NCBI GenBank assembly: GCA_000991245.1 | Contig: LBRD01000003.1 | Coordinates: 6,734 to 70,733 of the forward strand | DNA length: 64,000 bases | Reading direction: 5' to 3' | From: Parcubacteria group bacterium GW2011_GWC1_36_108 | Lineage (GTDB): Bacteria > Patescibacteriota > Minisyncoccia > Moranbacterales > GWC2-37-73 | In this document: positions 44,854 to 52,300 of the stretch, in pieces | How the letters are laid out: each line of letters begins with the position of its first letter | Numbering within the stretch: the stretch's first letter is position 1 | The notes under the pieces: generated by a model | Databases searched by the model: none | What the model was told of the DNA's origin: nothing | What the model saw: the letters and a program-made list of their open reading frames with translations, nothing else | Made by a program: the position numbers and the translations under genes

Positions 44854-46431
44854 ATGGAAAAATATTCATTAGAAAATGCCCAGAGCGAAGCTACTGTTAT
44901 TAGAAATGATGCACAAGAGGCAAAACAAAAAAGAGTGCTAGAGGGCGAAAAAAGCGGTGAGCCAAATAGAGATGATTATGACAAAGCCGACAAAGCGATT
45001 GATAGCATTGGCATAAGTAATAGAAAAGAATTTGAGCAAAAACAAGCTGAGATACAAAATAAATATTCAACCGTATTGGAGGGGTCAAAAAATAGCGGTA
45101 ATCAAGAATCTGTAAAATTGCTTCAAGATAACATGAGTCAAGAACTATCTTTTATTGATAGCCAATCAAAGAAATTTAATAGTTTGGAATTTAAAAAGGG
45201 AGAGAAGGCGACGCGTGAATATATTAAAAAAAATAATCTTGATAAATTAGTAGAAGAATTCGGAATTGAGCCAATGAAAGAGGGTTGTCGTCTTTCATTG
45301 GTCATTCCAGCATGCAACGAGGGGCGTGATATTCAAAAAACATTACAATCCTTAGCAGAGCAGAAAGATGAAAATGGTGAAGGTATTAATCCTGATGAAT
45401 TTGAGGTTTTGATTACAGTCAATCAAAAAGAGCAATCAAGCGAGGAAATAAAAAAATCAAATCAACAAACACTTGAAGCAATAGAAGAATTCAAAAGGAA
45501 TAATCCATCTTTAAATATCCATGCTATTTTAAAAGAATTTACGGGCGAGCAAGGTGGTGTTGGTTGGGCAAGAAAATTAGGAAGTGATTTGGTACTTGCA
45601 AGAAGTTTTAGCAGAAATCAAGAATCTGAACGAGAACCGATGTATATTGCAGGAACTGACGCTGATACAATTGTTGGTGAGCAATATGTATCAGAAATTA
45701 TCAAGGCAGCAAATAAGTATGGCGATGCCGCCTATGGCGGTGGTGTTATTTTTGATGAGAATTGGGAAAAAGCATTGGGAAAAAATGCGTCCGACAAGCT
45801 CAGGGTATTCATGGAAGATATGCGTGGATTTCTATTAAAGGCATTAAATGGCGGTTTGCAAGGTGCAAACTTTGCCATACGCGAAGATATCTATGCTCGC
45901 ATGGAAGGAAGCTCAACAAAAGTACATAGCGAAGATGCGGAAAATGATGAACGATTACGAAGTTTGAAAAAAAATGTAACATTTTTAAATTCTGACCATA
46001 TCACTAGCTCTCGTAGGATGATTGGAGAATTCGAAAACTATATTGCTGGAATGCGAGGGCAAAAAATAGACTGGGAAACACGAAACAAGACTTATGGAAA
46101 GTCTGTCCCTACGGGAGAAAAAATTGACTTTACTGAATCCGAGCTTGATGAGGTAATTGCTTACCACAAATTACATAGATCAGATCTAATTATAGACAGT
46201 ATAACTTCGGAAAACGTAAATAATCCAGAGATGGTGCAATTGATTGGAGAAAAATATCATTCTGATTTTAAAGATTTAAAAACTGAAGAATTTAAGACAC
46301 TATTGAATGATAAAAATTTTAGAAAAAAATTACAAATTGAGATAGCATACAATATGTCTAAATTATTTGCATCGAAAATTTCATATACAGAAAAAGATAA
46401 ATTCATCATCGGAATTCCAGAAAAACAATAA
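44854..46431 (+). CDS. Cassette 3 cargo: GT-A-fold (GT2-like) glycosyltransferase-like protein with long acidic N-terminal extension
   Basis: LSLVIPACNEGRDIQKTLQSLAEQ (GT2 N-terminal signature) and YIAGTDADTIVGEQY (DxD). 525 aa, no TM or signal peptide. Confidence 0.5.
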   Translation: MEKYSLENAQSEATVIRNDAQEAKQKRVLEGEKSGEPNRDDYDKADKAIDSIGISNRKEFEQKQAEIQNKYSTVLEGSKNSGNQESVKLLQDNMSQELSFIDSQSKKFNSLEFKKGEKATREYIKKNNLDKLVEEFGIEPMKEGCRLSLVIPACNEGRDIQKTLQSLAEQKDENGEGINPDEFEVLITVNQKEQSSEEIKKSNQQTLEAIEEFKRNNPSLNIHAILKEFTGEQGGVGWARKLGSDLVLARSFSRNQESEREPMYIAGTDADTIVGEQYVSEIIKAANKYGDAAYGGGVIFDENWEKALGKNASDKLRVFMEDMRGFLLKALNGGLQGANFAIREDIYARMEGSSTKVHSEDAENDERLRSLKKNVTFLNSDHITSSRRMIGEFENYIAGMRGQKIDWETRNKTYGKSVPTGEKIDFTESELDEVIAYHKLHRSDLIIDSITSENVNNPEMVQLIGEKYHSDFKDLKTEEFKTLLNDKNFRKKLQIEIAYNMSKLFASKISYTEKDKFIIGIPEKQ

Positions 46432-46551
46432 GGAGTTTTGTTTCAAAAAAATTCACCCCTACCCCTCTTTTTTTGAAACAAAACGAAAAATCAAATTTTC
46501 TTAGTAATAAAACAAAGTTTGTATTAATAAAATAGAAGACAAAAAAATACA

Positions 46552-46744
46552 TCAGCTAACACGGCATATCTGGTTCAGAAATTTTTCACTTTTATACTTT
46601 TTAACGCCAAGGTTTGAAAAATTTCCTCTCCCAAATTGCGCTGTGATATGGCAAAGTTTAGTGATATAATTAAGGCAGGCAGAAAGTTGAAGTTTTAGCC
46701 AATGAATATGGGCGCAACTTCAGATGATGCCGATACGTTGTCGG
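46552..46744 (+). other. attC-like element 3 (inverse core CAGCTAAC ... core acG^TTGTCGG)
   Basis: The stem is cggcatatctgg / cagatGatgccg, with one extra unpaired G in the 3' arm (an extrahelical base). Conserved cccaaatt and aacttcagat. Confidence 0.55.
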
Positions 46745-46806
46745 AAATATCAAAAAACAAATTCATTAATATTTTTTTCAAGCCCTTTTGAAATTCAGGT
46801 AAAGAA

Positions 46807-46835
46807 AAAACCGCACAGTATTCTGTGCGGTCGTA
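46807..46835 (-). terminator. Rho-independent terminator for the minus-strand small ORF
   Basis: aaaaaaccgcacagtattctgtgcggtcg. On the minus strand this reads as an 8-bp-stem hairpin followed by a T-run. Confidence 0.6.
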
Positions 46836-46848
46836 ATTACATTTGTCA

Positions 46849-47019
46849 TTATATCGCCCTCGACATTTCCTGAATTGAAGCCTCGCTTAGTTTGTTGTGT
46901 TCTTTTTCGTCACAAGAAGCTATCAAGTACGTGCACAAGATTATAGTACCACCAAATCCATTGGGAAAATGTTGGGCATGTCTACAGTCATCATCTTCGT
47001 ATGGACAACGCTTTTCCAT
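46849..47019 (-). CDS. Small (56 aa) Cys/His-rich protein, possible zinc ribbon; inverted relative to the array
   Basis: MEKRCPYEDDDCRHAQHFPNGFGGTIILCTYLIASCDEKEH... Preceded by a strong SD GGAGGTGA at 47024-47031. Not in the ORF track (<60 aa). Confidence 0.45.
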   Translation of the reverse strand: MEKRCPYEDDDCRHAQHFPNGFGGTIILCTYLIASCDEKEHNKLSEASIQEMSRAI

Positions 47020-47105
47020 ATTAATCACCTCCTTGTTTAATGTGCTAGTATACTATTATTAGATAAATTATCAATATTGTCAAGCGGGGAAAAACTTCTC
47101 ATACT

Positions 47106-47120
47106 TAGATATGTTGTGCG
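47106..47120 (+). other. Degenerate attC 3' end / terminal core site tagatatG^TTGTGCG
   Basis: Resembles the 3' end of element 1 (cagatatgggcgacGTTGTGCGaaat) with a 7-nt deletion. Followed by the same gcgaaat(t)tttt context. No matching 5' arm found. Confidence 0.35.
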
Positions 47121-47212
47121 AAATTTTTTAAAAATGCTGTGGATAAGTTACGGTGTACGGTTTTTAATTATAATGATACAATATCACTATAATTAAATAA
47201 AGAATAAAACTT

Positions 47213-48040
47213 ATGCAAAATCCAGAAAGTCACATTGCCATTTTCAAGGGAAAAACTATCAGAAAAATCATTTTTCAAAAGGAATGGTGGTTTTCTGTTG
47301 TGGATATTATACAGGTCATAACGGACAGTCCAACTCCAAGGCAATATTGGGGCAAGGTTAAGCAGCGTGAATTTACTGATCTTCAGTTGTCCCCAATTTG
47401 GGTACAACTGAAATTGGAAGCTTCTGATGGCAAAAAATATGAAACAGATTGTGCAAATACAGAAGGAATGCTTCGTATTATTCAATCAATACCATCTCCT
47501 AGGGTTGAACCATTGAAACGTTGGCTAGCAAAGGTTGGTTATGAGCGCATTCAAGAGGTAGAAAACCCAGAACTTGCCAGCAAACGGACAAGATTATTAT
47601 ATAAACTAAAAGGTTATCCTGAAGATTGGATTGAAATGCGTATGCGTGGTATTGCAATTCGCGAAGAATTGACAGATGAATGGCAAAAAAGAGGTGCAAA
47701 ATATAAACAAGATTACGAAATTTTAACTGCAGAAATATCTGAGGCCACATTTGGACTAAAACCAAATGAATATAAAAAAGTAAAAAGTCTGAAGCGTGAA
47801 AATCTTCGTGACCACATGGATGACTTCGAATTAATTTTGACTATGCTGGGCGAGCGAACCACAAAAGAAATTCATAAAACCAAAGATTCCAAAGGTATAC
47901 AAAGATTGAAAGATGATGCTAGACTTGGCGGAGAAGTAGCAGGAACAGCTAGAAAACAAATTGAAAGAAGAATTGGCAGACCAGTGATTTCAGAAAAGAA
48001 TTTTCTGAAATCTAACAATAGGAAGAAAATTAAAAAATAG
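47213..48040 (+). CDS. Bro-N domain protein (phage antirepressor-like)
   Basis: N-terminal IRKIIFQKEWWFSVVDIIQVITDSPTPRQYWGKVKQRE matches the BRO-N family. The C-terminal half is K/E-rich. Confidence 0.65.
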   Translation: MQNPESHIAIFKGKTIRKIIFQKEWWFSVVDIIQVITDSPTPRQYWGKVKQREFTDLQLSPIWVQLKLEASDGKKYETDCANTEGMLRIIQSIPSPRVEPLKRWLAKVGYERIQEVENPELASKRTRLLYKLKGYPEDWIEMRMRGIAIREELTDEWQKRGAKYKQDYEILTAEISEATFGLKPNEYKKVKSLKRENLRDHMDDFELILTMLGERTTKEIHKTKDSKGIQRLKDDARLGGEVAGTARKQIERRIGRPVISEKNFLKSNNRKKIKK

Positions 48041-48077
48041 AATATTTTCAAAAATAATAATAAGCAATCTTAATCTT

Positions 48078-48539
48078 ATGAAATATAAACACACTCAAAT
48101 TGGTTATCTGATGTTAGTTGTTACGTTGGCTGTGGCGGTGCTTTTCGCACGGATTTATATTATGGCTGCTGCCGAGCCACCTTCGGCTGATTCGGGCACA
48201 AATCTTCTTGTTACTGCTGTAATGTTATTAATCCTGTCTGTTCTTGCTTCCTTCGGGTCACTTCAAGTAATTATTGATGAAGAAAATTTAAGAATAAAAT
48301 TTGGCTACGGTATTTTTAGAAAAAAGTTTTCGCTTGATGATATAATTTCTGCTAAAACAGTGAAGAATCATTGGTATTATGGATGGGGAATAAAGATGTG
48401 GCTCTGGCCAAAAATGTGGATTTACAACGTTTCCGGTTTTGATGCGGTTGAAATAAAAATGAAGAATGGTAAAATGTATAGAATAGGCACGGATGAACCT
48501 GGAAAATTAGAACAAGCAATTTTGCAATCAATTAAATAA
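48078..48539 (+). CDS. Hypothetical membrane protein (2 TM helices)
   Basis: 153-aa ORF, hydrophobic N-terminal segments. Confidence 0.4.
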   Translation: MKYKHTQIGYLMLVVTLAVAVLFARIYIMAAAEPPSADSGTNLLVTAVMLLILSVLASFGSLQVIIDEENLRIKFGYGIFRKKFSLDDIISAKTVKNHWYYGWGIKMWLWPKMWIYNVSGFDAVEIKMKNGKMYRIGTDEPGKLEQAILQSIK

Positions 48540-48574
48540 TTAAGACTAGGTAAAAAAATAAAAAAACAAAAACT

Positions 48575-48781
48575 ATGTTTAAACATCACAAAAAGAAAAA
48601 CCCATTCTTGTATCATTTAATATCAGGAATTGGGCTTATTATTTTTTGGCGAGGAATTTGGGGGATTATGGATCTGTATCTCTTTCCCGGAAATCCAACG
48701 CTGAGTCATTCTTTTGCAATTACACTTGGGCTTGTTATTTTATATTTCAATGATTTTTCAATATCAGAGTTGATCAAATAA
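48575..48781 (+). CDS. Hypothetical small membrane protein
   Basis: 68 aa, two hydrophobic helices. Confidence 0.3.
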   Translation: MFKHHKKKNPFLYHLISGIGLIIFWRGIWGIMDLYLFPGNPTLSHSFAITLGLVILYFNDFSISELIK

Positions 48782-49064
48782 GTGGCTCGGTTTTGACTTT
48801 CGGCGCATCTGATTTCTTGCCAATAATTTTGAAGAAGTAATTCCACTTTTGTCCTGTTTTGCAAAGCTCTTTGGTGTCGTTCATTGCGCGCTCAACGATT
48901 TGTTTGTTGTATTGCTTGCAGACACGAAAGATGGAACCGCGTTTGTCATTGGGAACATCAAAATCTTTGATAATTTTAAGTGCCAGCTCTTGCCACTGAT
49001 AAGCAGGAGCTTTTTGAACAACTCTTTTTTTCATTAATTCTCCAAAGGTTTTTAAATCTTTCAT
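48774..49064 (-). CDS. Hypothetical protein
   Basis: 96-aa ORF, basic. No motif recognised. Confidence 0.35.
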   Translation of the reverse strand: MKDLKTFGELMKKRVVQKAPAYQWQELALKIIKDFDVPNDKRGSIFRVCKQYNKQIVERAMNDTKELCKTGQKWNYFFKIIGKKSDAPKVKTEPLI

Positions 49065-49101
49065 ATGTTTTTGCGGGGATTATCTTAATAATTTTTTATT
49101 G

Positions 49102-49234
49102 TTAGGACTTACGCACTTTCTCAACGATTTCTTTTTTGGCACGCTTTTGGATAAATACTCACTATCCAAAAACTCAAAGAGTCGCTGTCGCCAACAATTG
49201 GCCAAAAAAGAAATGTTTCGAAATGCGTAACTTC
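49102..49234. mobile_element. 130-bp palindromic repeat element (MITE-B), copy 2
   Basis: ~90% identical to 37443-37573. A partial inverted copy lies at 2468-2545. Confidence 0.65.
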
Positions 49235-49326
49235 TGAATTTGTTTATTTTACCAGTAGGGGATGGTAAAAGCAAAGATGTTATTCAAAAAGGTTGATTTA
49301 ACGCTAAAAGCTGTTATAATAGGGCA

Positions 49327-49866
49327 ATGCAAAAGAAAAAAATATTTGTTGAAATAGAGGTTCCCGGACAGTTAAAAAGACGGTTGGCTCAGATTATAGC
49401 CAAGTGGTCTGATTTGCCGATCAAATGGATGAAAGAGGAAAATTTGCACATCACTGTGTCTTTTGTGGGATATGTTGATGAAAGCGTGCTGCCTGAAATT
49501 TGTCAAAAAGTCAGAGTGGCTGTGGAAAACTTTGAAGCTTTTGATTTGGAATTTGACCGCATCGAACTTGGACCAAATCCTGCTGATCCCAAAACAGTTT
49601 GGCTCACGGGACAGCCTTGCAGTGAGCTTGGCGTGCTTAATGAACAAGTCGAGCGAGCTCTTGGAATGAGACCGGAAACACACAAGGAATTTCGACCGCA
49701 CATCACGCTGGGGCGCATTCGCAAGCTGAAATGGGATGAACTTGTCGAAAAGCCTGAAATTTCTGAGAAAATTAATGTTTCAATGACGGTGGACAGTCTT
49801 TCGATTATGGAAAGTAAAGGCGGGGGAGCGGAATATGTTTCGTTGGAAGAATGTTCGCTGGCGTAA
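49327..49866 (+). CDS. thpR: RNA 2',3'-cyclic phosphodiesterase (2H phosphoesterase, LigT/ThpR family)
   Basis: Two H-x-T/S-x motifs: HITVSF and HITLGR. 179 aa. Confidence 0.8.
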   Translation: MQKKKIFVEIEVPGQLKRRLAQIIAKWSDLPIKWMKEENLHITVSFVGYVDESVLPEICQKVRVAVENFEAFDLEFDRIELGPNPADPKTVWLTGQPCSELGVLNEQVERALGMRPETHKEFRPHITLGRIRKLKWDELVEKPEISEKINVSMTVDSLSIMESKGGGAEYVSLEECSLA

Positions 49867-49869
49867 AAT

Positions 49870-49906
49870 AGTTCGTAAGGTTATAAGGTTTGTAAAGTTC
49901 ATAAAG
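49870..49906. repeat. YATAAAGTT nonamer array, copy 6
   Basis: gttcgtaaggttataaggtttgtaaagttcataaagt ends 2 nt before the tagA ATG. Confidence 0.55.
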
Positions 49907-49908
49907 TA

Positions 49909-50646
49909 ATGCAGATACTTGGTGTGAGGATTGATAATTTTTCTAAAAAAGAAATTCTTGAAAAAATAGAATTTTTTTTGAATGAAGAAAATCTTCATCA
50001 AATTGCTACTGTTAATCCGGAGTTTATTTTGAGAGCTCAAAAAGATTTGGAATTTAAAAATATTTTGAATAAATCTGATTTGAATGTGGCTGATGGCGTT
50101 GGAATTTGGTATGCATTTTTGAGGTATGGGGGTCGCCTTAAAAACAGAATCGCGGGAGTTGATCTGATGGATATGATACTTAAAATGGCAGATGAAAAAA
50201 ACCTCAGTTTGTTTTTGGCAATACATAAAAATGGTTTGAGCTCGTTTGATGAGATTAAAAAGGTTTTAAATGAAAAATATCCCAACATTGAAGTTTTTGG
50301 TGGAGATATTGATTCTCGAAGGAATAAAAAGATTATACCTAATGTTGATCAGACATTAGTCCTGTGCAACTTTGGTTTTCCGGCGCAGGAAAAATTTATA
50401 AATTTACTCAAAAACAAACAAAATTCAAGCTTGCAGTTAAATAGCTGTCGGGGTAAAATAAGATTGGCTATAGGAGTTGGTGGCAGTTTTGATTTTGTCA
50501 CTGGAAAAATTTCGCGCGCTCCACATTGGATGCAAAAAATTGGTTTAGAATGGCTATGGAGATTTGCTCAAGAGCCAAAATATAGATTTAAAAGAATTAT
50601 AAACGCAGTTATTGTTTTTCCGATTAGAGTTTTGTTTAATAAGTAG
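49909..50646 (+). CDS. tagA: WecB/TagA/CpsF-family glycosyltransferase (GT26; UDP-ManNAc transferase-like)
   Basis: MQILGVRIDNFSKKEILEKIEFFL...ATVNPEFILRAQKDLEFKNILNKSDLNVADGVGIWYAF is typical of TagA/WecG. Confidence 0.85.
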   Translation: MQILGVRIDNFSKKEILEKIEFFLNEENLHQIATVNPEFILRAQKDLEFKNILNKSDLNVADGVGIWYAFLRYGGRLKNRIAGVDLMDMILKMADEKNLSLFLAIHKNGLSSFDEIKKVLNEKYPNIEVFGGDIDSRRNKKIIPNVDQTLVLCNFGFPAQEKFINLLKNKQNSSLQLNSCRGKIRLAIGVGGSFDFVTGKISRAPHWMQKIGLEWLWRFAQEPKYRFKRIINAVIVFPIRVLFNK

Positions 50647-50654
50647 TTAAAAAA

Positions 50655-50736
50655 TGTCATTCCCGTGAAAACGGGAATCCAGAACCGAGTCTAGCTGAAG
50701 AGCTAAACTAGATTCCGGATCAAGTCCGGAATGACA
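50655..50736. mobile_element. MITE-like element, TGTCATTCC family, copy 5
   Basis: tgtcattcccgtgaaaacgggaatccagaaccgag...ggattccggatcaagtccggaatgaca. The 3' end is the reverse complement of copy 2's 5' end. Confidence 0.7.
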
Positions 50737-50743
50737 ATGAAAT

Positions 50744-52291
50744 ATGACTGAATCAGAAAAAAAAGTTCGTGTGCGTTTTGCGCCATCGCCGACGGGCTAT
50801 ATGCACGTGGGAAATTTCAGGACGGCTTTGTATAATTATTTGTTTGCCAAAAAAACTAGTGGCGACTTTTTGATACGTATTGAGGACACTGATCAAACAC
50901 GGTTTGTTAATGGTGCTGCTGAACAGTTGTTGCAATCTATGAATGAGATGGGAATTATTTGGAGCGAAGGAAATTATTTAAAATCTCAAGTTAAAGATTC
51001 TGAATCTCAAAAATTAGTAGAATCAAAAACATATCCTAATACTGTAGAAATTGGTGAATTTGGACCATATGCTCAGTCAGAAAGAACTGAAATTTACAAG
51101 AAATATGCACAACAACTAGTTAATGATGGTCATGCCTACTATTGTTTTTGTGAGCCAGCTAGATTAAATGAGATGCGTGAGAATCAACAAAAAGAAAAGC
51201 GTGCGCCAATGTATGATCGTTATTGCTTGGCAAATCTTAGTCCTGATCAAATAAATCAAAAATTGAAAGAAAAATGTCCCGCAACTATCAGATTAAAAGT
51301 TCCAAAAGATGAAATTGTGGAATTTGATGATATGATTCGTGGAAAAGTTTCATTTAATACTAGTAATATTGACGATCAAGTTCTCTTAAAATCTGATGGT
51401 TTTCCAACTTATCATTTGGCGAATGTGGTTGACGATCATTTGATGCAAATTACACATGTTATTCGTGGAGAAGATTGGCTTCCTAGTACGCCTAAGCATA
51501 TTTTGTTGTATCGAGCTTTTGGTTGGGAAATTCCTGTTTTTGCACATTTGCCATTATTATTAAATCCGGACAGGTCAAAACTTTCTAAGCGACAAGGAGA
51601 CGTCGCTGTGGAGGATTATTTAGCTAAGGGATATCTTAAGGAGGCAATTTTGAATTTTGTGGCGATGCTTGGTTGGAATCCTGGAGAGGGAAGTGTGCAG
51701 GAAATTTTTTCAATGGAGGAATTGATTGAAAAATTTGAATTGGAAAAAGTGCACAAAGCTGGCGCAGTTTTTGATATTAAAAAATTGGATTGGATTAATG
51801 GGCAATATATTAAAAAACTTTCTGCAGATGATTTGCTTGAAAATGCACTGCCATTTTTTACCGAGAAAGATTTTTTTGCGAAAGCATCTGATGAAAAAAA
51901 AACTGATGATTATTTAAAAAGGGTTTTGACTGTAGAAAAAGAGCGTTTGGCAAAATTTACTGACGTGGGCGAGGAAAACAAATTCTTTTTTCAAGATATT
52001 TCTTATGAAAAAGAAATGTTACACTGGAAAACAAATACGAGTGAGGAAACAATAGCATCATTGAATACTGCGCAAACAGTGCTTGATGAAATTCCTGAAA
52101 ATGATTGGATGCTTGCAAAAATTGAAGAAAAACTATTGGCAGTAGCAGGGGATAAGCGCGGGGACTTGCTTTGGCCACTTCGTATGGCATTAACTGGTGC
52201 GCAAAAATCGCCATCACCATTTGAATGTGCTTGGGTGCTGGGAAAAATTGAAACGTTAAAAAGAATAGCTGAAGCGATAAAAAAGCTTTAA
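50744..52291 (+). CDS. gltX: Glutamate--tRNA ligase
   Basis: RFAPSPTGYMHVGN (HIGH-class motif), KLSKRQ (KMSKS), DHLMQITHVIRGEDWL. 515 aa. Confidence 0.9.
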   Translation: MTESEKKVRVRFAPSPTGYMHVGNFRTALYNYLFAKKTSGDFLIRIEDTDQTRFVNGAAEQLLQSMNEMGIIWSEGNYLKSQVKDSESQKLVESKTYPNTVEIGEFGPYAQSERTEIYKKYAQQLVNDGHAYYCFCEPARLNEMRENQQKEKRAPMYDRYCLANLSPDQINQKLKEKCPATIRLKVPKDEIVEFDDMIRGKVSFNTSNIDDQVLLKSDGFPTYHLANVVDDHLMQITHVIRGEDWLPSTPKHILLYRAFGWEIPVFAHLPLLLNPDRSKLSKRQGDVAVEDYLAKGYLKEAILNFVAMLGWNPGEGSVQEIFSMEELIEKFELEKVHKAGAVFDIKKLDWINGQYIKKLSADDLLENALPFFTEKDFFAKASDEKKTDDYLKRVLTVEKERLAKFTDVGEENKFFFQDISYEKEMLHWKTNTSEETIASLNTAQTVLDEIPENDWMLAKIEEKLLAVAGDKRGDLLWPLRMALTGAQKSPSPFECAWVLGKIETLKRIAEAIKKL

Positions 52292-52300
52292 AACTCGTAG

